A stretch of 64,000 bases of DNA from a virus, in the IMG/VR virus record IMGVR_UViG_3300042691_026427, positions 64,001 to 128,000 of that record; one strand, written 5' to 3'. Position numbers and translations under genes: made by a program. A model generated the notes under the pieces. That model was not told the origin of the DNA. It made no database searches and was given only the letters and a program-made list of their open reading frames with translations. Below, in pieces: positions 1-10,300 of this stretch. Within the stretch, counting starts at the first letter, position 1. Every line of letters starts with the position of its first letter.

Positions 1-245
1 AATTCTCGTTCTTTTAGCCTGCGAATTTCACAGTATTCAACTTGATCGTAGATGCCTTCTACAGCTTCTTCTTTGTTGTTGTCATTAAACACTGTAACAG
101 AAAATCCTAGCTTTGCCAGTTCTCTTGATACACTGATAATGCTGCTTTCGCTGCCGCCGATGCCCTTTTTATATAACGTCGTGCCATCGTAGGGTAATCC
201 AATGACATCGATAATAGCAATTTTGATTTGTTTCATAGCACTCAT
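1..245 (-). CDS. Glycosyltransferase, N-terminal part (runs off the window)
   Basis: Manual translation: MSAMKQIKIAIIDVIGLPYDGTTLYKRGIGGSESSIISVSRELAKLGFSVTVFN. The GGSE...ELAKLG..VTVF pattern is typical of GT-B/GT4 N-termini. Start is 245 or 236. Confidence 0.65.
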   Translation of the reverse strand, partial: MSAMKQIKIAIIDVIGLPYDGTTLYKKGIGGSESSIISVSRELAKLGFSVTVFNDNNKEEAVEGIYDQVEYCEIRRLKERE

Positions 246-273
246 ACTTATCTACGTATATAATAGCATAGAT

Positions 274-299
274 AAAAAAAGGACTCAACCAGAGTCCTT
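274..299 (-). terminator. Intrinsic terminator downstream of the nuclease gene
   Basis: Minus strand AAGGACTC-TGGTT-GAGTCCTT hairpin followed by a T run. Confidence 0.7.
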
Positions 300-318
300 G
301 TTTTTGAGTGAAATATTT

Positions 319-759
319 TTAATTACACCAACTTTGTTTAGCATCACCGTAATATTCACGTGCCAGTCCGTTTTGAATTAGTCCAGCACGAACACTTTGT
401 CCATTTACAATGATGTCACCTAGTACACGGCCACCAAATTTGTCCCAGGCATACAATGTAACTTGAATCTTGCCACCTTGTTGGATTAGCTGTGTAGTAA
501 ACTTGCTGGCTAACTGTGCTCGTTGATCTTCTTGAGGGCACTGTGCTCTGTGTCCTTTTTCAGGAGTGTCCACTCCAAAGATACGCACTGCCAGTTCTGG
601 TTTCAGCGGTGCTGGCAAGAAAGGTGCAGAGATGACGATAGTGTCACCGTCGCTTACGCGGATGATTTGTGCGTCATATGTTGCACCTTTTGGTGTTTTT
701 TGTGCCAATGCGGGCATTGCTGACGCTGCGATTAATAGGGTTAATAATAGTTTTTTCAT
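319..759 (-). CDS. Thermonuclease (staphylococcal nuclease-like) with signal peptide
   Basis: DGDT, RIFGVDTPE, DKFGGRVLG and GLA motifs. Likely start is MKKLLLTLLIAASAMPALA (signal peptide) at 759 rather than 786. Confidence 0.85.
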   Translation of the reverse strand: MKKLLLTLLIAASAMPALAQKTPKGATYDAQIIRVSDGDTIVISAPFLPAPLKPELAVRIFGVDTPEKGHRAQCPQEDQRAQLASKFTTQLIQQGGKIQVTLYAWDKFGGRVLGDIIVNGQSVRAGLIQNGLAREYYGDAKQSWCN

Positions 760-767
760 ATAGTTAC

Positions 768-2108
768 TTATCCATGTTCCTGCCATGATACAGATGCTAC
801 TGCATCATCGTTGTTAGTAGTGGCGATAGCAGCCAAACACCATATGTCTGATACGCCTGCGATAGTGCGACCCAGTTGATTGCTAAAATCTACTTCGTTG
901 CCACTTACACTAGCTGCGCCACCTTTGTTAGATCCCACAAAAATACCTTGGTCTATTACTGTTCCGCCAGTCAATGCTGTGGCTGATAAATCATACTCTA
1001 CTGAACTGTTGTCGCCTGCTGTAGTCCAACTAGCATCAGTCAGTGTAGGGTTTAATATTACTCGATAGCCAAACGCTGCCAGTTGTAGACCGTAGAGGTC
1101 AAACTTGGTCGGCACTACAATGCTGTCTATGTTGGCAGACTTCAGCCTAATACAAACTAATGGACGATATTCTGTTGTGGTAAGATTCTTTCCGGTCAGA
1201 CCGGTGCCAATTGCTCTGCTTTGACTACGATTGCTGTAGCCACCTTCTGATATCACTGTACTACATATGGCTCGCATAGTGCCCGCGGCACCTGTACTAG
1301 TTAGTTCATACCTAACGGGCAATGACGCAGTAGTCATGTAGACCTTATCAAATATGTTGGCATGATGGAATATATGGCAAACAATAAATTGTCCGTTGAT
1401 CACAAAGCCACAGCGCACTGATCCTACACCCAACCACTCAACATCGCACCAAAAGATATGCGATTTAGTCACATCTAGAGTAACGCCGCTGATGTTGTGT
1501 TGGCCGCCTTGACCATCCATTCTGTCACCGTTCCATGCTGATCTATTGATTTTTTCACTAGTGTCGTCTACTGTGCCGCCTGTGTATTTTCTAATCACAA
1601 GATTGATGTCAACACCGTCTACTTCAAAGTACACACCGTTCTGTGCTCCAAAATATCCCACACGCTGACGCAGGCCCGTAGTAGGAGTATTCATAACAAA
1701 TGTGGTCATAGTTAGCAAACTCTTACCGGGTTGATAGCTAAACACCTGTTTGCTTTGTCTCACTGCTGAATCACCGTTGCCTGACACTGTCATCAACATG
1801 GTGCTTTCGTTGGGCTGAAATACGCTAGTGCCTGCACCTGTATCTACTTGATTCCATCTAAACTCATCATCTCTATAACGTAGAGAACCGTCAAACAAGG
1901 TAAAGGGATTGCTGACACGCATACGGCCAAATGCGTCCATACTAGCTGAGATGTTACCGGCGTCATTGTAACTGACTCCGCCTACATTGTTTACTCGTAA
2001 TAGTGGCTCACCTGCCGCACTATAGTCCATTGCCTTATGAATGTTTAATAGATTAGGATCAGTAGAGTGAAAGTAGTTTGTGGTTGTGGTGCGAATGTCA
2101 GCTACCAT
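768..2108 (-). CDS. Phage hypothetical, probably virion-associated beta-rich protein
   Basis: 446-aa ORF. The DAFGRMRVSNPFTLFD and WLGVGSVRCGF segments resemble a family common in large myoviruses. Confidence 0.55.
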   Translation of the reverse strand: MVADIRTTTTNYFHSTDPNLLNIHKAMDYSAAGEPLLRVNNVGGVSYNDAGNISASMDAFGRMRVSNPFTLFDGSLRYRDDEFRWNQVDTGAGTSVFQPNESTMLMTVSGNGDSAVRQSKQVFSYQPGKSLLTMTTFVMNTPTTGLRQRVGYFGAQNGVYFEVDGVDINLVIRKYTGGTVDDTSEKINRSAWNGDRMDGQGGQHNISGVTLDVTKSHIFWCDVEWLGVGSVRCGFVINGQFIVCHIFHHANIFDKVYMTTASLPVRYELTSTGAAGTMRAICSTVISEGGYSNRSQSRAIGTGLTGKNLTTTEYRPLVCIRLKSANIDSIVVPTKFDLYGLQLAAFGYRVILNPTLTDASWTTAGDNSSVEYDLSATALTGGTVIDQGIFVGSNKGGAASVSGNEVDFSNQLGRTIAGVSDIWCLAAIATTNNDDAVASVSWQEHG

Positions 2109-2118
2109 ATATTACCGA

Positions 2119-2415
2119 TTAATCTAGATCTAAAATACTAATTGCGCTAGCGGCTGCTGATACAGCGGCAACTTTGTCACCTGACTTAAAATTAAAAATC
2201 ATTTCGCTGTTTGCAGGAATTTGAAAACCAACGTTAACACCAGTTACTGGGTTTGCCCCAAATGCTATAAATGCAGGGCTTGCTCCGTTAGTAATCAATA
2301 CTCGTCTAGCGGTAATCGATGTGCTTGTTGTTACGGTACCTGCACCCAATGCTACGGTTGTATATTTGTTAGTACCTGTAGTTGCAAGGGTGGTGATTGT
2401 GTAATACTGACTCAT
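2119..2415 (-). CDS. Small hypothetical beta-strand protein
   Basis: 98-aa ORF; ATGA overlap with the upstream gene. Confidence 0.65.
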   Translation of the reverse strand: MSQYYTITTLATTGTNKYTTVALGAGTVTTSTSITARRVLITNGASPAFIAFGANPVTGVNVGFQIPANSEMIFNFKSGDKVAAVSAAASAISILDLD

Positions 2416-2747
2416 TGTGTTTGTCCTTTGTTCTGGGCTGAGAAGTTTGGATACATTGCGACACTGTCGGCTCTGATATCCGCGGGATTTTTAGGACCAT
2501 TAAGGCCGCCGCCCGCATGTACTGTAACGCTGTCTATGCTGGCCACTACTTCAGCTGGACTGTTGGCATACATTTGATGCTGTTGTGTCAATAGATCAAC
2601 AATCTGTTTAAATCTATTTTGATCCGGACCAATAGCTGTTGTGATATTGGCAGTAGCAGGTTGAACTACCGCAATTTCCTCTTGAGATTCACCGTCTATT
2701 TTTTCTATAATATCTAACAGATCTCTAATTATTTCAGTAGCTCGCAT
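2412..2747 (-). CDS. Hypothetical protein with MRATEII N-terminus (possible internal head protein)
   Basis: 111-aa ORF with an upstream TAAATA motif and an AGGA RBS. Confidence 0.65.
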   Translation of the reverse strand: MRATEIIRDLLDIIEKIDGESQEEIAVVQPATANITTAIGPDQNRFKQIVDLLTQQHQMYANSPAEVVASIDSVTVHAGGGLNGPKNPADIRADSVAMYPNFSAQNKGQTQ

Positions 2748-2788
2748 GAGTATTCCTAGTTATAGAGATATTTATTCTTTTATAGAGG

Positions 2789-3970
2789 TTAGACAAACCA
2801 TGTAATTACGGAGTATCTAGTGCCTTTTGTAACTTCCATTATTTCGTGTGGAAACATAAAGTTACTAGGGAACATAATAACTGAGCCCTTTTTTAATTTA
2901 TATTTCAATTTTTTATCAAAAAATGCAAATTCCCCACCTTCGTAGTCATCATTTAACGCAAAAGAACACGACACTGTTCTCGGCTGTGCCTTAAAATGAT
3001 CACAATGCTGTGTATAAAAATAACCTACGTTATATCTTAAAAGTTCGTAACCACTATCTTGTTCAATACTTGCCATAGGCCATTTTTTATTGTACAACTG
3101 AATTGCATTGCTAGCACACTCCCATATTTTATTATCTATTATTTGTCTAACACCCGGATTTTTTTGTATGATCTCAGGACGCGAAATTCCCATTACATCA
3201 GCATTCCTAATAGATCTGTCAATTGTGCTGTCTGAGCCAACTGCGGTGGCACGCCATTCTAAAGAACTATCTTGGTATTCTGCTAAAATTAAATCGCATA
3301 TTTCGTCGGACACTACATTTTCAAAAATACAGATATATTCTTTAAGAAAGTCGATATGATTATTACTATCTTCAGATTGTTTGTTTTCGGGCTCTGCTAC
3401 TTGGTTAGATTTTTTCTTTACATCATCAGGCGGATTTTGAATTTTATCAAATACTGCCCAACTATTTTCTCCTCTACTTTTTACATAATGTAAAAATACC
3501 TGAACATATTCTTTACCTCGATATTGTTCTCGCCAATGTTCTGCTTGACATCCAAGATACAGCATGGCATCTCCAGATTCTAAATCTAAAGAAACTTCCT
3601 TACCGTCGGGAGTTTTAATCCATATAGGCCAGCTTTCGTCACCGGATAAATTAATAGTAAGACTAATTTCGCAGGCATTTCTATCTGTATGCTTTTCTAG
3701 AGTTGCCCCATTTTTATAGACTCGTGCATAGGAGTATGTTGGTAAAACAGTTTCGCCTAAAAATTTACTTACCTCGGGAGTTTTTTCACATAGTAATTCT
3801 AAAAAATCGATATGATTATAATGCGCTGATGAATTTTGTACTTGGTTATCATTATTGATATTATTTTCTTTGGTAAATCTAATAAATTCTTTGGCCAATT
3901 CATAAGATCTCTCAGAGCTTATAAAATTTTTTATGTATATAAAATTTGATTTTTCTAAAAGTTTATTCAT
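2789..3970 (-). CDS. Tandem two-domain 2OG-Fe(II) oxygenase (C-terminal domain prolyl-4-hydroxylase-like)
   Basis: Domain 1: PTYSYARVY..HTDRNACEIS..HWR. Domain 2: HCD..DYEGGEF..FPSNFMFPH....GTRYSVITW. Confidence 0.85.
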   Translation of the reverse strand: MNKLLEKSNFIYIKNFISSERSYELAKEFIRFTKENNINNDNQVQNSSAHYNHIDFLELLCEKTPEVSKFLGETVLPTYSYARVYKNGATLEKHTDRNACEISLTINLSGDESWPIWIKTPDGKEVSLDLESGDAMLYLGCQAEHWREQYRGKEYVQVFLHYVKSRGENSWAVFDKIQNPPDDVKKKSNQVAEPENKQSEDSNNHIDFLKEYICIFENVVSDEICDLILAEYQDSSLEWRATAVGSDSTIDRSIRNADVMGISRPEIIQKNPGVRQIIDNKIWECASNAIQLYNKKWPMASIEQDSGYELLRYNVGYFYTQHCDHFKAQPRTVSCSFALNDDYEGGEFAFFDKKLKYKLKKGSVIMFPSNFMFPHEIMEVTKGTRYSVITWFV

Positions 3971-3980
3971 TTTAATTAAT

Positions 3981-4265
3981 TTACATTGTTGAATAATATA
4001 CTGGAGGTGGATTTGCGTCGTATGCCGCTTGCCATGCTTCTAAACATTTTACCCCCCATGGAGGTAAAACTGAAATTGTTTCGTTCATTTTTTTGTTATT
4101 ATCTATAACCCGATATTCAATTTCTCCAACACCGTTTAACCATTGAAGTGCATGAACATCATCGGGCACCCCGCAATCTGAAAAATCAAGACCTTGATAA
4201 CTACAAATATCAGTAATTACTATAAGATCATCTACAATAATTGTAATTCTATCAGTATTAATCAT
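3981..4265 (-). CDS. Phage tail-fibre-associated small protein
   Basis: VHALQW..GEIEY pattern; lies next to fibre genes. Confidence 0.55.
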   Translation of the reverse strand: MINTDRITIIVDDLIVITDICSYQGLDFSDCGVPDDVHALQWLNGVGEIEYRVIDNNKKMNETISVLPPWGVKCLEAWQAAYDANPPPVYYSTM

Positions 4266-4596
4266 TATAATTTTTAATATCTTTATTAATGTTAATTACA
4301 GGGGTATCATTTCTTAGGGGAAGACCCGCAGCTATTGCTGCTCCCAAGACCTTAATATTGCTGTCATTGGCTTTTACCATCTCATTCCTAAAACTCTCTA
4401 CCGCAGCACCTGTTTGTCTCTGCTGCCCAGAATTTTCAATCAATAACATAGGTAAAAATGCCATTGAACAATTCCATTCGTCTACCCGTTTTCCTGTATT
4501 TGTGTCATAGCCTTCTATTTTTATAAACCATGCACACTTGAGTCCAACACATTCTTTTTTGATAAGAGGGCACCAATTTTCTCTTTTTAACTCCAT
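4258..4596 (-). CDS. Cys-rich phage hypothetical protein
   Basis: CPLIKKECVGLKCAWF...QQRQTGAAVESFRNEMVKAN; this type is often found beside tail-fibre genes. Confidence 0.65.
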   Translation of the reverse strand: MELKRENWCPLIKKECVGLKCAWFIKIEGYDTNTGKRVDEWNCSMAFLPMLLIENSGQQRQTGAAVESFRNEMVKANDSNIKVLGAAIAAGLPLRNDTPVININKDIKNYND

Positions 4597-4619
4597 ATTA
4601 AACTCCTATATTATAAAAA

Positions 4620-4627
4620 TATTTATA
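4620..4627 (-). promoter_or_regulatory. T4-type late promoter TATAAATA
   Basis: Exact TATAAATA on the minus strand upstream of the 4596 start. Confidence 0.6.
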
Positions 4628-4653
4628 GTTGTAAAGTATGTAGAGGAAAAAAA

Positions 4654-5157
4654 TTAAACCTTATATGCAATGATTACATCTACATATTTAAGGCTCCAAC
4701 CGGGCAATTGAACTGACCCGTTTACCCCAACTGTGACTGTATGAGAATGAGTTCCATCAGCGCCATTTGTAAGACTGCCGCCGTCAGGTTGACCAGTTCC
4801 AGCACCGAGAGTCATGACAATACCCGGACCTACGTTATTGTTAACAAACGTGGGGCCATTAAAGCTGCTGTTAGGAGCTCCTAAATTAACTCGATGTGAA
4901 TGGTTAGGAAGTTCTGCTAGGGTGCCATCTGAAGTTGACGGTGAATATCCCGGAGAAGTCACTACCCAAGGCCATCCTGCTGATCCTCCTGGATGCAGAG
5001 TTGAAAAGAAATTTCCAGTATCTACTACGCCGCCACCGGCCCCTCCAACAATTCTAAGAGCACTATCAGTACTGCTTACAATCTTAACCCAGCCCACCGG
5101 CGCAGCAGTTTGTCTAAATGGAATTATTGTACCAGAAGGAAATGTTTGAGTCCCCAT
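4654..5157 (-). CDS. Short tail-fibre/collar-like protein, paralog 3
   Basis: F.QTAAPVGW.K...D.ALRI N-terminus; HSH and HSHT motifs; C-terminal LKYVDVIIA. Confidence 0.7.
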   Translation of the reverse strand: MGTQTFPSGTIIPFRQTAAPVGWVKIVSSTDSALRIVGGAGGGVVDTGNFFSTLHPGGSAGWPWVVTSPGYSPSTSDGTLAELPNHSHRVNLGAPNSSFNGPTFVNNNVGPGIVMTLGAGTGQPDGGSLTNGADGTHSHTVTVGVNGSVQLPGWSLKYVDVIIAYKV

Positions 5158-5159
5158 AA

Positions 5160-5663
5160 TTAATTCCTTTGAGCTATTATTGCGTCAACATATCTCAGTG
5201 CCAATGGAAGAGGCGTAGGAGATAAATCAACTCCACCAGAGCTAGAAAGTGTATGATTATGGGATCCACCTCCACCTGCGGGTCCTGCAGGAGTGCTGTT
5301 AGGTCCATAAAATACCGGCAAAGGCGATCTGCCTGGTCCTGTTCCTGGATGGACAGGGTAAGGTGAAGTTCCTGATCCAGGAAGGCCCCAATCAAGGTGT
5401 CTATGAACTGCCATTTGAGATGAAGACAGAGTAGCAGGACCAACAGTCGCTGATATGGGAATTGTACTAGTCCCAGAAATTGTACTTGTAAGAGGTTTAT
5501 CTGTAAAAACTGTACTGAAGTTTGAAAGTCCGCCTGCGGTCACTGTGCCACTGGTTATTCGTAAAGCAGCGTCGTCATCTGTAGTTAATTTTGTCCAGCC
5601 GACAGGTGCTGTGGGTTGAACAAAAACGGTTATACTACTGGATGGAATAGATGGTATTGGCAT
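5160..5663 (-). CDS. Short tail-fibre/collar-like protein, paralog 2
   Basis: FVQPTAPVGWTK..DDAALRI; HRH and HNH motifs; LRYVDAIIA. Confidence 0.7.
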   Translation of the reverse strand: MPIPSIPSSSITVFVQPTAPVGWTKLTTDDDAALRITSGTVTAGGLSNFSTVFTDKPLTSTISGTSTIPISATVGPATLSSSQMAVHRHLDWGLPGSGTSPYPVHPGTGPGRSPLPVFYGPNSTPAGPAGGGGSHNHTLSSSGGVDLSPTPLPLALRYVDAIIAQRN

Positions 5664-6274
5664 TATGCAAAATTTTTAGTTGCTCTTATAAAATCCAAGC
5701 GTCTAATTGAAAATCCAGATGGACTTGTTGCAGTAAAGAATCCGCCGCCAGCGGCACCGGGCCAATTATGATTGTGCGAGGCTCCCGGAGCAGGATAACC
5801 GGGAGGAGTTGCAGGAAATGTAGTTCCAGCTGATTCTCGACCATAATACCAACCGTAGGCCAATACTGGTCTAGTGGACGGGACATTCGTTGTTCCATAG
5901 ACCAGTGGGTTACTAGCACCAGGAAAGGTATTAGAAGTTACAGTAGGCGAATGTGTGTGGATAGGCAGGCCCGCAGTACCAATTGAAGTAAACCCAGTAC
6001 CAGTTGAAGCAATAGGAGCCGTGGCAACTGAAACTTGGACAGGAAATCCACTTGCTGGATAAACTGATGTAAATGACCTAGTGCCTGATACTGTTCCGCC
6101 AGTTGTTCCGGACACTATTCTTAGGCCTATGTCATTTTCCGAGGTATCTTGTGTCCAACCAGTGGGTGCAGTCGCCTGATGAAATATCATAGTGGAACCG
6201 TAGTATTCGGGTTCTGGATCTGTGAATGGTTGTAGGTAAAAATCAAAACCTGCTGACGAAGCTGCTCTTGGCAT
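5663..6274 (-). CDS. Short tail-fibre/collar-like protein, paralog 1
   Basis: FHQATAPTGWTQ..NDIGLRI; HTH and HNH motifs; IRRLDFIRA. Confidence 0.7.
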   Translation of the reverse strand: MPRAASSAGFDFYLQPFTDPEPEYYGSTMIFHQATAPTGWTQDTSENDIGLRIVSGTTGGTVSGTRSFTSVYPASGFPVQVSVATAPIASTGTGFTSIGTAGLPIHTHSPTVTSNTFPGASNPLVYGTTNVPSTRPVLAYGWYYGRESAGTTFPATPPGYPAPGASHNHNWPGAAGGGFFTATSPSGFSIRRLDFIRATKNFA

Positions 6275-6289
6275 GATAATCCTTTTTAT

Positions 6290-7282
6290 TTAGACATATG
6301 TAGTGAATTGTCCGAATACAATCCATGATCCTGCAAGTCTTACTAAAGAATAAGAAACCATATCTGTTTGATTGGCAACCCCTACTGCTGTTACTCCTTG
6401 GCTCCATCTTATAGTCTGCGCTGCACCGTTAATTTGTATTCCTGTAGGAGTTCGTGCAGTTGCTCCTTGAGCTACATAAAGAACAACTACTGTGGTAACA
6501 CCGTTAGTTGTTGGTATATTGTTAAAGTTTGGTGTAAAATTAGCTGCCGGTGAAGTTAGATAAAAAACACCACCTTGTGTGAAATCAAAAGTTACTGTGC
6601 CAGTTGCACCGGAACTAGTTGGTGTAAGATCAACAGTGGTAGCAGTAACTCCTAAAGAACCAGTAAATCCTGAAATCCCTAGTGATCCGGAGAATCCAAT
6701 TGATCCAATAAATCCGACACTACCAGTGAAACTTTGACTACCGGTAAATCCCTGACTACCAGTAAATGCCCGGCTACCAGTGAATCCTTGACTACCACTA
6801 TAACCAAATGATCCAGTGAAACTTTGACTACCAGTGAATCCCTGACTACCTGTAAATCCGCTACCAGTGAAACCTCGACTACCAGTGAAACCAAAACTAC
6901 CAGTAAAACTTTGACTGCCAGTAAATCCAAAACTACCAGTAAAGGCCAGGCTACCAGTAAATCCAATACTACCACTAAATCCTTGACTACCTACATAGCT
7001 TCTGCTGCCGGTAAATCCTATCCCTCCTATTGATCCAGTGAATCCAATAGACGCAAATGCTCCAGAACTTCCCACAAACCCGGTAACTCCAAATGAACCA
7101 GTATAACCAAATGAACCTGTAAAACTTTGACTTCCAGTAAATCCAATCGAAGCAAATGCACCAGAACTACCAGTATAACCTTGGGTATTGCCCACAACAA
7201 CCCATGCTTTTCCGTTGAACTGCCATGTTCTATTTCCAAAGGTATAAGTTTGATTTAATGCTGGGCTAGGTGGAAAATTCAT
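6290..7282 (-). CDS. Collagen-like (GFTGS repeat) fibre protein
   Basis: N-terminal FPPSP..NQTY...W.FNG.AW motif, Gly-X-Y repeats and a C-terminal globular domain. Confidence 0.75.
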   Translation of the reverse strand: MNFPPSPALNQTYTFGNRTWQFNGKAWVVVGNTQGYTGSSGAFASIGFTGSQSFTGSFGYTGSFGVTGFVGSSGAFASIGFTGSIGGIGFTGSRSYVGSQGFSGSIGFTGSLAFTGSFGFTGSQSFTGSFGFTGSRGFTGSGFTGSQGFTGSQSFTGSFGYSGSQGFTGSRAFTGSQGFTGSQSFTGSVGFIGSIGFSGSLGISGFTGSLGVTATTVDLTPTSSGATGTVTFDFTQGGVFYLTSPAANFTPNFNNIPTTNGVTTVVVLYVAQGATARTPTGIQINGAAQTIRWSQGVTAVGVANQTDMVSYSLVRLAGSWIVFGQFTTYV

Positions 7283-7324
7283 TGGTATTTTTAATTATGT
7301 TATCTTTGTATATTTAACATTTTA

Positions 7325-10300
7325 TTATTCGTTGGCTGTTCTAGTTGAAGGGAACAGACGTAAATTGCCTGGCCAAATAATTCTAACAGCTCCGCCGCCT
7401 GGTTGCCAAAGTGCAGGACTACCCGGACCTCCGGCGCCGCCGCCATACAATTTACCGACGCCATTTGACCCGGGGTTGCCTGGCTGTCCAGCAGTTGTTG
7501 CTGAACCGGAAGACGCACCTCCAGTGCCGCTCGCGCCTTCACCGTATATTCCCACGCCGCCACCAGCACCTCCACCACCTGGTCCGGCACCGCCGGCACC
7601 ACCGCCACCACCTGCACCTCCCGAGCCAGTGAAACCATTTCCATAAGTGGCAAAAGCGCCACCATAATGCGGAGCGCCCGACCCACCAGACCAAGACACC
7701 TGGCCACCTACTGTTCCTCCACCGCCTCCACCTGCACCACCAGTTCCAAATAGTGAACCTGCTCCTGCAAATATGCCAGGTCCACCATTTCCAGAATATC
7801 CTGCAGCGCCACCGCCACCACCCGGATAACCGCCAAAGGTAGTTACGGTACCCCTTCCGCCACTGGCAGCAAACAAGTACGTTTCACTGTTAAAGAAAGA
7901 AGGTGGTAAGTCCTCAGGCGTGTTGCTGACGCCAATCCGCGCAACTTGAATAGGGTATACAGTTCCTGCTGTTACTGATAGATTATTCTTATATGTTAAT
8001 CCACCGCCGCCACCACCGCCATAATAGCCGTTAGGTGTGCCTCCGGCACCTACTAGTACTATTGAAATAGATGTAACTCCTTCTGGTACTGTCCAATTAT
8101 AGTTGCCAGCTGTTGTAAATTCAACTTGTCCTGGTGGCGCAACTACTTGGACTGAATTACTAGCACCAGAAGATGCACTGTTTCCTGCTGCGTTAGTAGC
8201 ATATACCGTAAATGTATATGATGACAGTGCAGTTAATCCAGTAACAGTGATAGATCCTGATCCCGATCCCGACAATGTTCCTGTAATTCCTCCAGGACTA
8301 CTAACAGCGGTATAAGACGTAATTACACTGCCACCGTTATTTGCAGGCGCAGTAAAGCTCACGCTTGCGGTAGTAGCATTTACACTTGTAGCTGTTCCAA
8401 TTGTTGGTACGTTAGGAGCCACTGCCGGAGCAACAAACAGATCATTACTGAATGTTCCAGTTCCAATAAAATTTGTAGACAGTACCTGAACATTATATGT
8501 CCTACCTTGAGCAAGAGAAGTTGCAGTGTAGGTAGTAATAGGAGCTCCTGAATTTGGTAAAGTAACATCTACTGTAGATGCAGGTGTAGTGCTGTAACTT
8601 CCAGGCGGAACTCCTACATCTAACAACAACAATCTAACTCTCCAAGAAGTAATTGGCCAACCGCTTGTATTTGTTGGGTTTGTCCAATTTACTACTAAAG
8701 AGCTAGTGCTTGCAATAGATACATTGACAACACTTATTGTAGGTGGAACACTTCCTGCTGGAATATTTCTAAGTTGTAAAGGAGAACTTGTGCCTATTGT
8801 GTTAACAGCATATACATCAAAGTCGTAATATGTACCGGCAGTAAGACCTGTAAATGTAAACTCGCCAGCGCCTGATTGTTCTAAGGTAATTGTAGGTCCG
8901 CTAGGTAATTGTGTTGTATAATATGAAGTAACAATTAATCCTCCAGTATTTGGAGTATCGTAAAGAATTACTATTGTAGTGGCGTCCGGATTCTGTGTAC
9001 CTGTTGATCTAAGTCTAGGTGGTCCAGGCGCAATCAATGGAACATAAACAAAGCCTGGCGCCACATTCAAATCTGGGAATCGGCGTTGGTTTCCCGGCCA
9101 TACTATTCGAACTGCTCCGTATCTTCCTTGATTTGCGCTAAGAGGTGTTACTCCTGTAACGTTGCCGTAGCTATATGCACCTGCGCCGCCACCTACATAT
9201 AGGTATTCGTTATTAATCACTGCTGGTGTAAATGAAAAAGGGCCAGTAGAACTACTAAGCCTATTTGCACTTCCTCCACTTATGGCAATGCCATAGGCTT
9301 CTGATCCCGTTGCATTGAATACTCCAGAGGTGCCAGAAGCGCCACGTGCATTTTGAACAATGTGAAAATCTATTTGATTTGGTGTTGCTTCATAAAATTG
9401 ATATTCTACAACCATATTAGGAGAACCTAGGGTGCCTGACGCAGATGCGGTTCCTTCAAATATAATTACATATATCCTATTGGGGGCGGTGCCTACAGTT
9501 CCAAAATAAATTCGTTGTCCAGAATTATCTGCTGCGCTAACCATTATTTTTGGAAATGCTGGGACATTGCCACCTAACCCACTAAAGGCTGAAGAACCGC
9601 TGCCAAATGTTATGTAGCTGTTTGTTCCTACAAAAACTTGCGAGTAAGATGTACCGAGAAAATTAACATTCCAAGGTAAGCTAACAGTCCAAAAGTTGTC
9701 GTCGCCGGCATTGCTAGTTGAACTAGCAAGCCCAGATATTCCTAGGGGACTATATGTAATAGCACTCACAGTGGTAATACTACCGCTAGTCACTGCATTA
9801 CTTATGTTTATGGTACTTCCGGGACCTGTCGCTGTAACCGGAGAATTTGTAGCTGTGGGAGGTGATCCGTCTAGTCGCTGCCCGTAAATTCCCACGCCGC
9901 CGCCGTAGCCTCCTGATTGAGTTTGTATTGTTCCAGCTACACTGTTGCCACCTGCGCCAGCCCCACCAAATCCTACCGCGCCCTGCTGCGAATTGAGACT
10001 AGTTTGGCGGCTACCTTCTCCTAGTCCACCAGCACCGTCATATCCGCCTGCACCTCCGCCACCTGCACCAGTCTTTTGAACGTTGTTATTTAGGCTACCA
10101 CTACCGCCATCGCCACCACGGCCTCCGCCCTCGCCAATTACTCGAGCTCCCCCTGTGCCTCCTTGAGCGAGGAAGGCGCCAGGAGCACCACCATTACCGC
10201 CAGTTGCTGAAACAATAAATGTACCACTGCCCTGTCGTCTGACCCAGCTACTGCCTCCGGCTGCACCGGCGGTTACGGCAGACCCTATATTAATGCCAGG

